Positions 47,047-58,846 of a DNA stretch of 64,000 bases are shown in pieces. Positions within the stretch are counted from its first letter, which is position 1. Each line of letters begins with the position of its first letter. This stretch comes from Selaginella moellendorffii (lineage: Eukaryota; Plantae; Lycopodiophyta). The notes under the pieces were generated by a model. That model saw nothing but the letters and a program-made list of their open reading frames with translations. It had not been told where the DNA came from and searched no databases. Where the stretch lies: the NCBI RefSeq assembly GCF_000143415.4, contig NW_003314394.1, positions 186,042 to 250,041 of the forward strand. The letters run 5' to 3'. The translations under genes were made by a program, and so were the position numbers.

Positions 47047-48439
47047 ATGGCTATGGTTATAGTGTCTGTTATCGCAGCGTTGATCTCTCTCGAATTCACG
47101 GACGCTGGATCATCATCGTCCTGGGAACTGGGAGGATTCACGGAAAAAATCCCTGCCATCTTCCAGTTTGGGGACTCCCTCTCCGATACTGGAAACTCTC
47201 TCATCGCATTTCCACAAGCTTACAAGCGTCTCAACACATCGCCCTATGGCGAGACCTTCTTCCATGGCCCCTCGGGGAGGGAGTGTGATGGACGCCTCAT
47301 TGTCGATTTCTTGGGTGAGAATGGTGGCCTCTTTCTCTCTTTTGGATCATCTCTTCTTGTTCTTTGTGTGTGATTAAGCTTCCAGCTATGGATTGCCGCT
47401 GCTGGAACCCTACTTGCGTCGATTCAAGGGGCAGGATTGGCGGCATGGGGTGAGCTTCGCGGCATGCGGCGCCTCCGCGCTAGGCCGCTCCTTCTTCCAC
47501 GATCACAACATCTCGATCGGGGCGACATTCCAGCTCGATATCCAGCTCCAGTGGTTCCGGGAATTCAAGAATGTCTCGGCGATGCGCTCCTCGAATCGAG
47601 GTAACCGTCGATTAGATCAGAGGATACAATCAAGAATTTCGTGAGATAATTGCAATCCAGGTCGAAGAACGCACCCCTCTGCGGATGATTTCTCCCAGGC
47701 GCTCTACATCGTCGGCGAGATTGGTGGTAACGACTATGGAGACATGATGAGCACTATGGATTACTCTCAAATGCTCCAATTCGTACCGATGGTCGTCCAA
47801 ACCATCCGGGATTTCATCCAGGCAAGGATGAACTTTCCCAATCCTTTCGTTTCTTTGTTTGATCAATGTCACAGGATCTCTACAATTTGGGGGCGCGCAA
47901 GTTCCTGGTGATCAACATTCCACGCCAGGGATGCAATCCCTCCGTCATCCTCTCGCGCCGCCCAAGCGATCGACTGGACGATTTTGGCTGCGTCGCGGAT
48001 TTTAATGCGCTCAATTCTCATCACAATTCGCTGCTCCGGATCGCAGTGGACAATCTCCGGGAACGCCTTGCGGGAGCATCGATCGCGCTCGCGGATTTCT
48101 ATGGCGTAACTGGAGACGTCCTGCGAAATCCCCAAGAATATGGTAAAAAGCAACTCTTTTTTACTGCACCATGAAGGTAAAAATTGGTCTCGCGCAGGGT
48201 TTACTGAGACGAGTAAACCGTGCTGTGGCTCGCCATGGCAAAACTGGATCGTCGATTGCGTGGACGGACTGATGATCAACGGTGCGCTGACCATGGGTCA
48301 GACATGTGCTGACCCGTCAACGCATCTGTATTGGAATGGATTGCACTTCACGGAACACCTCTACCAGGTTGCGGCTAACGCATTTCTCAAGGGACAATAC
48401 ATAAGTGTATCCAAAATGGGGGATAATGTTAAATTGTGA
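47047..48439 (+). CDS. GDSL esterase/lipase (cluster member 1), 5 exons
   Basis: 'FQFGDSLSDTGN', 'PYGETFF..P.GR..DGRLIVDFL', 'GEIGGNDY', 'CADPS..LYWNGLHFTE'. Confidence 0.92.
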
Positions 48440-50101
48440 TGAAAGATATTTTTTAAATCAATTTGATAAAGGCTTGCCATCTACCGCTCCTGAGATAAAA
48501 ATCAAACATTTCAATCAACAAATTCAGTTCTATACAAGACTTTTGAGATGGCAATAAAGCTAGGAGGGGAGAGATAGGTGTCATCTATCTATCTATCTAT
48601 TTATATGTTGTTTACAGTCTTGTAGTGCTCATAGAGAAGCATAAGACTTTATGAATGCAATGCAATTGAAAAACTTTAAAATTGGTGGTGGATGTTTTCT
48701 GGATTAAATAATCATTCATGTTTACATCCCTAATAACCATAAAAATGACCAGATTCAAGTATGCCATCTATTATTTTATCTTTAAGATCGTCATAGGCTT
48801 TACTAAGATATTTAAACGAGGGAGCCTAGAACCTGTTATTTCTAATTCATGGACAATAGTTTTAAAATCTTTTGGCCTCATACTTCATGCCGGGTGCCAT
48901 GAGACCTTGTAAACAGTATATGAATGAAAGATTCAATTCCAAAACATTGTTTAAATACAAGATTAGTAAGAAATAATCAATTCATTATTAGTGGAAGGTT
49001 TTATTATGATTATTAAACTTTGATCCGATGTGTCAGCCATTCCCAGCTAGGATCCCATGCCACATCAGCCTTGTAATTCAAAATTCAACTTTGTAAATAT
49101 ATGACATCATCCCAAGTACGAAGAGTCAATCATCGATAATAAACATGGAAGAGCACACGGTTTGTTAGGGCAGTGGTCTTCTAATAACAAGCTAAACAGA
49201 TTTAACTAGTGAGAATGATTTGCACCTTGGGTGAGAAAGGTGATTGGTGGAGTTCCTTGTAAAGAGAATCCAATGAGCAACATTGTGAGATTAAGGGCTT
49301 GAAGAAAGCAATATGACCACAAAGAGTAACGAGAATTGTTTTAAGAAAAAATAAAATTCTACAGTGTTACATAAACATGGATATTGATGTGATCAAACCT
49401 GGCTAGGAGTCTCAGTTCCTAGTGCAGAGCTGGATTTAGATCCATGAATAGGTTCTTGTTTGGTACTGAGAAAACATTTTATGGTTTTTCTTTAAATGAT
49501 ACCATCCTTAGATGGAGTTTTTTGCCATGTATTCACATATTTGTCTAGAACTTCCAAAGGTGGAGATTGGTCCTCAGGCATTTTAATGTGTCCCCTGGAA
49601 AGTTAGTGGATTTCTTCTATTGTATGTTTGCTAAGATCTGGACCTTATGAACTTGCATCTTGGCACCCACATTGTTTCATGCTGCTTATTGGGCTTCATC
49701 GTATTACCCATGTTAGGTAATATCTGGTCCATGAAGATTACAGCATGGAGCAGCAAATAGATCGTGATTCCTACATACGACATGAAAGTACAGCACAACA
49801 ATGTCAAATAGCTCGTTGTAAACACGTTGATTGATTGACTGCATTCCTAATGGATGTACAAGGACTTGCGTACTGGACCTTATCCTAGCCAATGAGAGCT
49901 TGACCAGTAGATAGATAAAAAGCTAAAGTTCACAATGTACTAAATGGTAAAAATACTTTAGAGTATTTAAACAAATTCAGTTTGGATAAATTCTAAGCTA
50001 TGCCCATATTGGTGGTTTCTTGTTGGCTGTTTTAAAGAAGCAAGAGTCTAAAGATTGGTCCTCATTCCTTCCAAGGATATATTCCTTCCAGTCTGACGCC
50101 A

Positions 50102-51583
50102 ATGCGATCAATGGGATCAATGGTAGCAGCAGCTCTTTTCCTCGTTTTCTTTCTCAAATTTGCAGCAGCTGGAGCCGCGCGCTCTCCCTGGGCGCTGGGA
50201 GGCATCAAACAAGTCCCAACGATCTTCCAGTTTGGAGATTCCCTCTCCGACGCTGGCAACTCCCTCATCGCATTCCCACATACTTACAAGCGCCTCAACA
50301 CGTCGCCCTATGGCGAGACCTTCTTCCATCATCCCGCGGGGAGAGAGAGTGACGGGCGCCTCATTGTCGATTTCTTGGGTGAGAGCTCGAATCTATTTTA
50401 TCCTGGGAACAGTGTCTCGATTTTCTTTGCCGCGATCTTTGTCTGATTCTTTGATTCTTGGGTTATAGCTGAAGGCTATGGATTGCCGCTGCTAGATCCA
50501 TACTTGCTGCTGTCCAAGGGGAGGAATTGGCGCCATGGCGTGAATTTTGCGGCGGGAGGAGCCTCGGCGCTTCCCCTTCGATTCTATGACCAACACAACA
50601 TATCGCTCGCGGGATCACGGCACACATTCCCGCTCGATATCCAGCTCCGGTGGTTCCAGGATTTCCAGAATGTGTCAATGCTGCGCTCGAATCAAGGTAC
50701 TCGATCGATCAATCCATTTCGCAAGCGAGAAATTTCACTCTTTTTCACTCCAGGGAGAAGAACACACCCTTCTCTGCATGATTTCTCCCAGGCCCTGTAC
50801 ATCGTGGGCGAGATCGGTGGAAACGACTATGGATTCATGAAGAAGAGTGGCCTGGATTACCCCCAAATGATGGAATTCGTCCCGTTCGTCGTGCAGGCCA
50901 TCCGGGATCTCATCCAGGCAAGGATGAACTTTCCCAATCCTCTGCTTTTGTCAGTTTACTCTCGCGCATTGATGGATCTCTCGATCTCACACTAAATTTC
51001 TCCACATGGTGGGCAGAATCTCTACAACTTGGGCGCGCGCAAGTTCCTGGTGACCAACATCCCGCGCCAGGGATGCAATCCCAGCTTCCTCGTCTCGCGC
51101 CGTCCCAGCGATCGCTTGGACGAGCTCGGCTGCATCGCGGATTTCAACGCGCTCAATGCCCACCACAATTCGCTGCTCCGAGAGGCAGTGGACGATCTCC
51201 GCGTCAGCCTAGCCGGAGCGTCGATCGCGCACGCGGATTTCTACAGCGCGATTGAACCGATCTTGCGAAATCCTCAATCATACGGTAAATTTCCATCTCT
51301 GTTTCTACCTTTATCACCTGGTTAAACCGAGAGTTTACACGCAGGATTTACCGAACCTCGTACGGTATGCTGTGGTACGCCCTGGCTAACGCAGGTCGTT
51401 GATTGCGTGGACGGTGGGATGATCAACGGCATCCTGACGAAGGGCCAGACGTGCGCCGACCCGTCAGTTCACATATACTGGAATGGAGTTCACTTCACGG
51501 AACACTTATATAATATTGTCGCAAACGCCTTTCTCACGGGACAATATGTTGATTTAGTCGCAAACCCAAAGCTTGACCAGTAG
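50102..51583 (+). CDS. GDSL esterase/lipase (cluster member 2), 5 exons
   Basis: Close paralog of the 47047 gene: 'FGDSLSDAGN', 'GVNFAAGGA', 'GEIGGNDY', 'IYWNGVHFTE'. Confidence 0.92.
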
Positions 51584-52441
51584 ATAGATAGATACAAAGC
51601 CAAGAGATTAAAGAAACTTGCGGGATCTATACTGCTGGGAAGTTCTTTCGAAAACCAAACACGTCATTGGACTCACGGAAGTGAAGATCTGGAGAATGTA
51701 TGGCACACAGGACTATAGGGTTTGTCTCCATTATGCTAAAACTCATTTTAAAAAATAGAATAGTGGAAAAACAATTTAACAAATGATATTTAATTTTAAG
51801 AACACAATATGGAATCTGCTAAAATTTCAAAGTATATTCATTACTATCATAAATTTGCTCCATCTTTTATAAATAATTGTCAGGAACTTTTCATCATTAT
51901 TATCAATTTCAACTATTACAAATTAATCAAGAGCTTCATACCAATGGGAATATGCTAATGAAATTTTTTATTATTTTGAATTGGAGAATTAAATATACTA
52001 ATTTAAAAGGTTAAGAAGTATTATTATATACAAATAAATAGCTTTAAATAGTTGAGTCTACAAGATAGTGTAATATAGACATTACAAGTATTAATACTAT
52101 AATAGTGCATTTATTTTTAATAATGTTTATATTTTATTGATGTGAAATTTCAAAATTTTTGAGCAACATAATTTCTATAAAATTATTTCTATTTTTAGTA
52201 ACAGAAAAATGTGTATATATTCATATTAAATTATTAGCTATTTAGCTATATATAAATCTACTAAAGTTAATATTTTAACAACTATACATACTAATAACAA
52301 ATAAACTAAAAATTTTGATTATTGAGTATGCAAATATTTATTTACCTTTTACATGTATACAATATTATAGTCATTATTTAGAGTTAAAATATAGTATTCT
52401 ATTGTAATGATACTTCACTTATAAAAATAAATTTTTTATAA

Positions 52442-52445
<4 letters not shown>

Positions 52446-52493
<48 letters not shown>
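52446..52493. repeat. (AT)n microsatellite inside a ~1.6 kb extremely AT-rich insert
   Basis: About 24 AT units. The surrounding 51730-53340 has almost no G/C and no ORF. Confidence 0.9.
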
Positions 52494-52495
<2 letters not shown>

Positions 52496-53409
52496 ATGTC
52501 TTATATTTTCAAAAAAATCAATAATATAGAACTCAATAAATTAAAAATATTTTTTATTATTTATTTTAAAAAGTAGATATAAATTTTATTAATTTTATTG
52601 TAAGAAAAGCTTACATAATCTTGGTTAACTTTTTAGTGATATTTATTTTTGTTCAAAAGATTTATCTTTTTTCACAATGAAATTTAATATATTAATCTAA
52701 ATAATATTAAAAAATATATATTATTTAGTGGTTAACTTCATTATCAAACCTTATTTGTGTTATTCTTTCATTTTTATTTTTCTAAATTTAAAAAAAAATT
52801 ATAGAAATTTTCAATTCAATACTTTTAGAAAATCACACATTTTTCAATGGATAATTCAAATGTACAATTGTACGATTACATTGTTAATTTTGTAAGAAAA
52901 TTTTCCTATATTATAAGTGTTACTTTTACTGAAACATTTGCTTAAAAATCAAGAATTTTTTTCCAATATAAAATTTATGTTTTTTCAATTAAGGATGATT
53001 TCTCATTAGATATATACTTTTGATTTATATTTATTTTCTTTTAAATTATATAGCAACTGGATAGTTGTATGCTAAAGTAGTATAAAAAAGTGGTAATAAG
53101 TGATTAAAATTTTAAAATTGTATTAAAATCAACTAATTTTTGGCAAAAAATTCAAATTCTACAACTATTTTGTTCTGAAAATAGATGTGAATATAATAAA
53201 TTAGTTCATAAAGAAATTTTTATAAAAAGTTATTACATATTTTCATGGTAATTTCAGCTACTTTTTTTAATCACTTTGATGTACTAATAATCCAAAAAAC
53301 AATTGAAAACGATTCACTGCCAAAAAGAATATGCTAGACTAATTAAAGCTTGGTCAGTTTTCCGTTGGCTGTTTTAACAAAGCCGCTAGTCACAGAATAT
53401 TCATTGCTC

Positions 53410-54046
53410 ACATTCTCCCTGGCTCCACATACTTACAAGCGCCTCTATGGCGAGACCTTCTTCCATCATCCCGCAGGGAGAGACAGGACGCCATGATCTT
53501 TTTGTCTCATTCTTCTTTGATTCTAGGGTCATAGCGGAGGGCTATGGATTGCCGCTGCTAGATCCATTCTTGCTGCTGTCCAAGTCCAAGGAGCGGAATT
53601 TCATCCAAGCAAGGATGACTTCGTGTCAATTCTCGCTTTTGTTTATTTTCGTGTGATTGATTGATCGATCTCACCCACACATGGTGCAACTTGGGCGCTT
53701 AAAATCCTGGTGATTAACATCCCTAGCCAGGGATGCAATCCCAGTGGCCACCATAATTCGCTATGGCAGTGGACGATCTCCGCGACAGCCTGGCCGGAGC
53801 ATCGATCGCATACAGGGATTTCTACAGCGCGATTTACCCGATCTTGCGAAATCTAACCTTCAACCTGGTTAAGAACGCAACGTTACCCCCTGGCGAACAC
53901 AGGTTGTTGATTGCGTGGACGGTGATGATCAACGGCATCATGACGAAGGGCCACACTTCACGGAACACTTCTATCATATTGTCGCAAACGTCTTTCTCAC
54001 GGGACAATATGTTGATCTAGTCGCAGACCCAAAGCTTGACCAGTAG
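53410..54046 (+). pseudogene. GDSL pseudogene (deleted copy of cluster member 2)
   Basis: Fragments 'HTYKRL..YGETFFHHPAGR', 'EGYGLPLLDPFLLLSK', 'AVDDLR.SLAGASIA..DFYSAI.PILRN' with multiple deletions. Same 3' end 'cccaaagcttgaccagtag'. Confidence 0.9.
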
Positions 54047-54167
54047 GTAGATAGAAATCACCCTACAAAGCCAAACTCGCGTGCTCCATACTTCAGAAGT
54101 TTCAAATGGACTTTGATAAATCCTACGGTCACAATTCAAATGGTTTTAGGGCTTATGGTGGTCTAGA

Positions 54168-55820
54168 ATGACCGATTTGGCGGTAGGGCTGGAATCCACC
54201 AGGATTGGGACGAAGGACAGGGTTTTTGATTCTCCTAGCGACAGAGCCAAGGCGAAATTTGCAGCGCTGCTTCGTCAATGCAAAAGCCTGGCGCAGGTAT
54301 GCGCAATTCACGATGAAACTGCTCGAGAGGGGCGAGATCGCGGGACTTTTGTGGGGAACATCCTTGTCCAAATGTATGGGAAGTACTGTGATCTTGAGAA
54401 TGCGCGTGAGGTGTTTGAGAGGATCAACTGGAAGAACGTTTTTTCATGGACTATGATCATTGGTGCGTATGCCCAAAACGGGCATCCGCGGGAGGCGATG
54501 CGAATGTACCGCGAGATGTGCCAGCGCGGGATGAGGGCGGACAAGGTCGCGTTCCTCGGGATCCTTGGCGCGAGCGGACAATTGGGCGATCTCGCGCAGG
54601 CGATTGCGATCCGCGATGCCGTCACTGCCACCGGGCTCGACTCCGACGTTGTCATCGCCAATGCGGTGATCGACATGCTGGGCAAGTGCCGCAGCGCGGA
54701 GCTTGCCAGAGAGTACTTCGATTCGATCGAGTGGAAGGACGTGATCTCCTGGAACTCGATGATGGGCGCCTATATCCAGCTCGGCCAGCCGGATCGAGCG
54801 CTCGAGCTCTACGATCAGATGGCTCTCAAACCAGACGATGCTACGTTTGTGGCGGCATTGGGAGCCTGCGCGCTGCTCGAGCTCCTCGATAGAGGGAGGG
54901 CGGTGTACGAGCGGGCTGTACGGCACGGGTACCGCTCGCATTTGCTGGTGGCCACCGCGGCCGTGAATATGTACGGCAAGTGCGGGCGCTGTGCCGAGGA
55001 GGGACGTACGGCATTTGATGCCATTGGGCACGACAAAGATACCATTTGCTGGACAAACATGATCTCCGCATATGCCCAGTACGGGCATCCGCGGGAGGCC
55101 ATGCGTTTGCTGTGGAGAATGGAGCAGGAAGGGTTTAAGCCAAACCTTGCCACCTTTGTTGCCCTAGTTGAGGCGTGTTCTCAGCTTGGAGCCCTTGAGA
55201 TAGGACGGATGATCTACGCGCGTGTCGTTGCGAGCCGGCTTGATTCAGATCCAATCCTCGGGACCGGAATCCTACACATGTATGCAAAGTTTGGGAACGT
55301 AGCGGAGGCTGCGAATGTTTTCGAGAAGCTCAGTCGCAATGGAGACATTATAACCTGGAATTGCATGCTCATGGCTCACGCGCAACACGGATCCGGCATG
55401 GAAGTGTTGAGGCTGTACAAGGAAATGGTGGTGCAGGGTTTGCAGCCTAGCGATATCACCTTTGTGGCCATCTTGTGTGCTTGCAGCCACCTCGGGGCGT
55501 GGGAGAAGGGGCACGAACACTTTCGTTTCATGAAATGGGACTTCGGGATAGATCCCACCGCAGAGCACTTTGGCTGCGTGGTTGATCTCTTGGGAAGATC
55601 CGGGAGAGTGAGAGATGCCGAGAGTTTGATCGAGAGCATGCCCGTGTACCCGGGAAGCGTTGTGTGGAAGGTCTTGCTCAGCGCTTGCAAACTCCACGGC
55701 AATGTGGAGCTCGCCGCAAAGGCTGGCGCTCTCGCGTCGGAGCTGGAACCCTACGATCACTGCACGTATGTCATGCTCTCAAACGTTTTCTCCGCGAGGG
55801 AAGCAAGTCTAAACACGTAA
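54168..55820 (+). CDS. PLS-class PPR protein with E domain, intronless
   Basis: PPR repeats 'NVFSWT.IIGAYAQNGHPREA', 'ITFVAIL.ACSH.G', 'EHFGCVVDLLGRSG', 'W..LLSAC..HG', 'YVMLSN'. Confidence 0.93.
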   Translation: MTDLAVGLESTRIGTKDRVFDSPSDRAKAKFAALLRQCKSLAQVCAIHDETAREGRDRGTFVGNILVQMYGKYCDLENAREVFERINWKNVFSWTMIIGAYAQNGHPREAMRMYREMCQRGMRADKVAFLGILGASGQLGDLAQAIAIRDAVTATGLDSDVVIANAVIDMLGKCRSAELAREYFDSIEWKDVISWNSMMGAYIQLGQPDRALELYDQMALKPDDATFVAALGACALLELLDRGRAVYERAVRHGYRSHLLVATAAVNMYGKCGRCAEEGRTAFDAIGHDKDTICWTNMISAYAQYGHPREAMRLLWRMEQEGFKPNLATFVALVEACSQLGALEIGRMIYARVVASRLDSDPILGTGILHMYAKFGNVAEAANVFEKLSRNGDIITWNCMLMAHAQHGSGMEVLRLYKEMVVQGLQPSDITFVAILCACSHLGAWEKGHEHFRFMKWDFGIDPTAEHFGCVVDLLGRSGRVRDAESLIESMPVYPGSVVWKVLLSACKLHGNVELAAKAGALASELEPYDHCTYVMLSNVFSAREASLNT

Positions 55821-55878
55821 AAACCGTATTTCTACGATCCGTAATAGAGGATATTCTTTTCCCTCTTTCTTGCCCCCA

Positions 55879-57281
55879 ATGTCGCTCTTCTTGCTGCTCG
55901 TGGTGATTTTGTGCGCGATCCAATTCCATCTCGGGGTTCTATGCGATCACCGGGTTGTGTTCCAATTTGGCGATTCGCTCTCCGACGCGGGCAATTCACT
56001 CCTCGCGTTCCCGGGCTTGAATGGATCGGGAATCCTGGGCCTCCCCCCTTACGGCGAGACCTTCTTCAAGAGGGCGACTGGAAGAGTGACGGACGGGCGA
56101 CTTGTCATCGATTTTCTAGGTGAGTGATTGATTTACTCACATCGTTCTCTCGAGAGGGAAATGCGTGATCGATTCGTCTTTACTGTGCAGCGAGTGGAAT
56201 GGGTGTCCCTTTTCTGGACCCATACCTCGACAAGGCCAGTGCGAACTTTGTCTATGGCGCCAACTTCGCTACGGCTGGAGCCACAGCTTTGAGCATCAGG
56301 GATTTCTACGGCAAGCGCAACATCATGCCTCGCAGGCCCACATTCTCGTTTGACACACAGCTACAGTGGTTCCATAGCTTCCAAGAGCAAGCACTCATGA
56401 ATGGATCAACTGGTACGTAATCTTTGTTTCTTGTCTAGGTAGTATCATACTGTTTTGATCTCGCGCAGCCTATTCCGTTCCAAATCTTCGCCAGTTTCGT
56501 GAAGCTCTGTATGTCATCGGTGAGATTGGGGGCAACGATTACGCAATGCTCCACGGAAGTGGGGTCGATTTCTTAGACATAATCAAGTTCTTTGTCCCTC
56601 GAGTGGTCCACGAGATTGAAGAAACGATCCGGGTAAATTAAGAATGATCGAAGTTTACAGTATGTTGACAGGAAGATTTTCTTACGAACAGGAGCTGTAT
56701 CAAGCGGGAGCGCGGAATTTCCTGGTGATCAATGTTCCAATCCAGGGATGTAACGTTCGCTCCCTTGCTACTACTGATTGGAGCAAGGAGGAAATGGACG
56801 AGTTGGGCTGTCTTGCACGATTCAACGAGGTTGGCTATCGTCATAAATTCCTCCTCGAGAGAATGGTACGCAAGTTGCGTGACGAGTTGCCCGGCTCGGC
56901 TTTCGCGACCGGGGACTTCCTCGGGATCACCAAGAAAATCTTTGAAAACTACAAACACTATGGTCCGATCGTTCATCCTTATCCAAAGCTTTTCGATCCG
57001 GCTGAGGTTCTAAGTCTGCTCCAACTTTTTTGGCAGGATTCACGCACAGATTCGAGGCTTGCTGTGGGATTTATAACGCTACCACCACTGTCGACTGTGG
57101 AGAGAGCGTTTTCGTGAATGGAGCTCGCATCCAGGGCCCAACTTGCAATGACCCATCGCAGTATATCTTCTGGAACGACAATCACTTCACGGAACACTTC
57201 TACGAGATTGTGGCAAACGCGTTTCTATCGGGAGAGTTTCTGGATCCTCCAATCTTCCCGAAACTATCGCAAACCATATGA
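55879..57281 (+). CDS. GDSL esterase/lipase (cluster member 3, more divergent), 5 exons
   Basis: 'FQFGDSLSDAGN', 'TGR.TDGRL.IDFL', 'GANFATAGA', 'GEIGGNDY', 'CNDPSQYIFWNDNHFTE'. Confidence 0.92.
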
Positions 57282-57398
57282 CATCAAAATGTATATAAGC
57301 ATCTATCAAAAGTTTCGTACGAAAGTACCGTACTTGCTTTTGCTCTGTTTCTTAGGGTTTAACGAAAAGCCCTAGGGCGAGCGCGCTAGGGTTCCGCG

Positions 57399-58675
57399 AT
57401 GGTGCGGCTTGGAGCGGAGCTCATCTCGCGGGCGCCGCAGTACCTGAATGCCGTCAAGGACCGGGAGATCGATCTGCGAGGTACTCTCACACCGATCTTT
57501 GTATGGAAAGCGCTCACATTTCTTTCTTCTGTGGTTGTAGGAAACAAAATCGCTGCTATTGAGAACCTTGGAGTCACTGCGGTACGCAATGCGCGTCTCT
57601 TCTAGTCTCTGATTTCTCGTTTTTTCTATTCTTCTTAGGATCAATATGACAGTATAGACCTCTCAGATAATGAGATCGTCAAGCTGGATGGATTCCCAGA
57701 GCTGCGACGCTTGTCCACACTTCTCATTAGCAACAACAGAATTTCTCGCATCAGTTCCAGCCTTGGAGGTAAGTTGCAAAGAACAGCTCTTAGAAAGCTC
57801 TTAGGATTTTTTTTTCAATCCTTTCATTCAGGAGGACTCAGCCAGTGATGTGTTTTACACCTGACAATGGCTGATCATGTACATGATTCCACTACTTGTC
57901 TGAGGCTGTCGACATGTTATTCTCGCATTGCATTGTTTCTTCTTTCGTAGTTTTCTTCTTGTATTTGCTCTAACGACTTGTTTCCTTCTACTTGCAGAGT
58001 TTCTTCCAAAACTTCACACTCTCGTCTTGACCAACAACAGGCTCGGCAATCTCGCAGAACTGGATCCCCTGGCATCGCTCGTAAAGCTCCACACTCTCTC
58101 GCTCCTGGAGAACGTCGTGACCAAGCTGCCCGAGTATCGGCTCTACGTCATCCACAAGCTTCCAAACCTGCGGCTGCTGGACTTTAGCAAGGTGAAGGCC
58201 AAGGAAAAGATCGCTGCCAAGGCAAGGTTTGCGTCGCAAGAAGCCGAAGAAAATGCCAAGAAAGGTGGAGCGGAGCAAACTTTCGTTCCCGGCGAGGTTC
58301 CTGCTGCTGTTGAGCCAGCCTCGGACGCAAAGCACCAGCATCTAAGCCGGACGGCTCTGAAGGTAAAAAACAAATCACTCTTTCGGTCTTTCTTATCGTT
58401 TTCTTTGTTCTTGCATAGGCTGCTATTCAAAACGCTCAAACGCTGGCAGAAGTTGCGAGGCTCGAGAGGGTATGTTCCAAAGTCTTTGAATTTCTCTTGG
58501 AGATTGGCTCAGCAAACTCTTCTCTCTTTTTTTTCGTGTTTACAGGCGCTTGCGACTGGGCAATACAATGGATCTGGAGACGCAATGGAAGAGGTAAGAA
58601 AGCGAGAGTTTTTTCCATATTTCTTTTCCTGGATGAAAGTTTCAAGCTTGATTGTGTTGGTGTTCACAGGGATGA
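57399..58675 (+). CDS. U2A': U2 snRNP protein A', multi-exon
   Basis: 'MVRL.AELI...PQY.NAVK.RE.DLRGNKI..IENLG.T.DQYD.IDLSDNEI.KL', 'LPKLHTLVLTNN', 'YRLYVIHKL..LR.LDF.KVK.KE', 'AAI.NAQTL.EV.RLE.AL'. Confidence 0.95.
57839..57908 (+). ncRNA. Candidate intronic box C/D snoRNA
   Basis: Terminal stem CAGCC/GGCTG, C-like GTGATGT (57845), D' CTGA (57861), C'-like TGATCA (57872), D CTGA (57900). It sits in the one long (~230 nt) intron of U2A'. Confidence 0.55.
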
Positions 58676-58846
58676 GAGCTCCATCCAAGCAATCCAAGCG
58701 AACCTTAAGTACCAACATGGTAATTCTTCTTCCTATAATTTTTTTGCTTCGTAGAGAGTAGCTTATGTAACTTCCAAAGATTTTTCTTTGTTGTAACAGA
58801 ATGAAAGCAAACGTTCTTCTATAAACCCTAAACCCCGATGTAGGTA

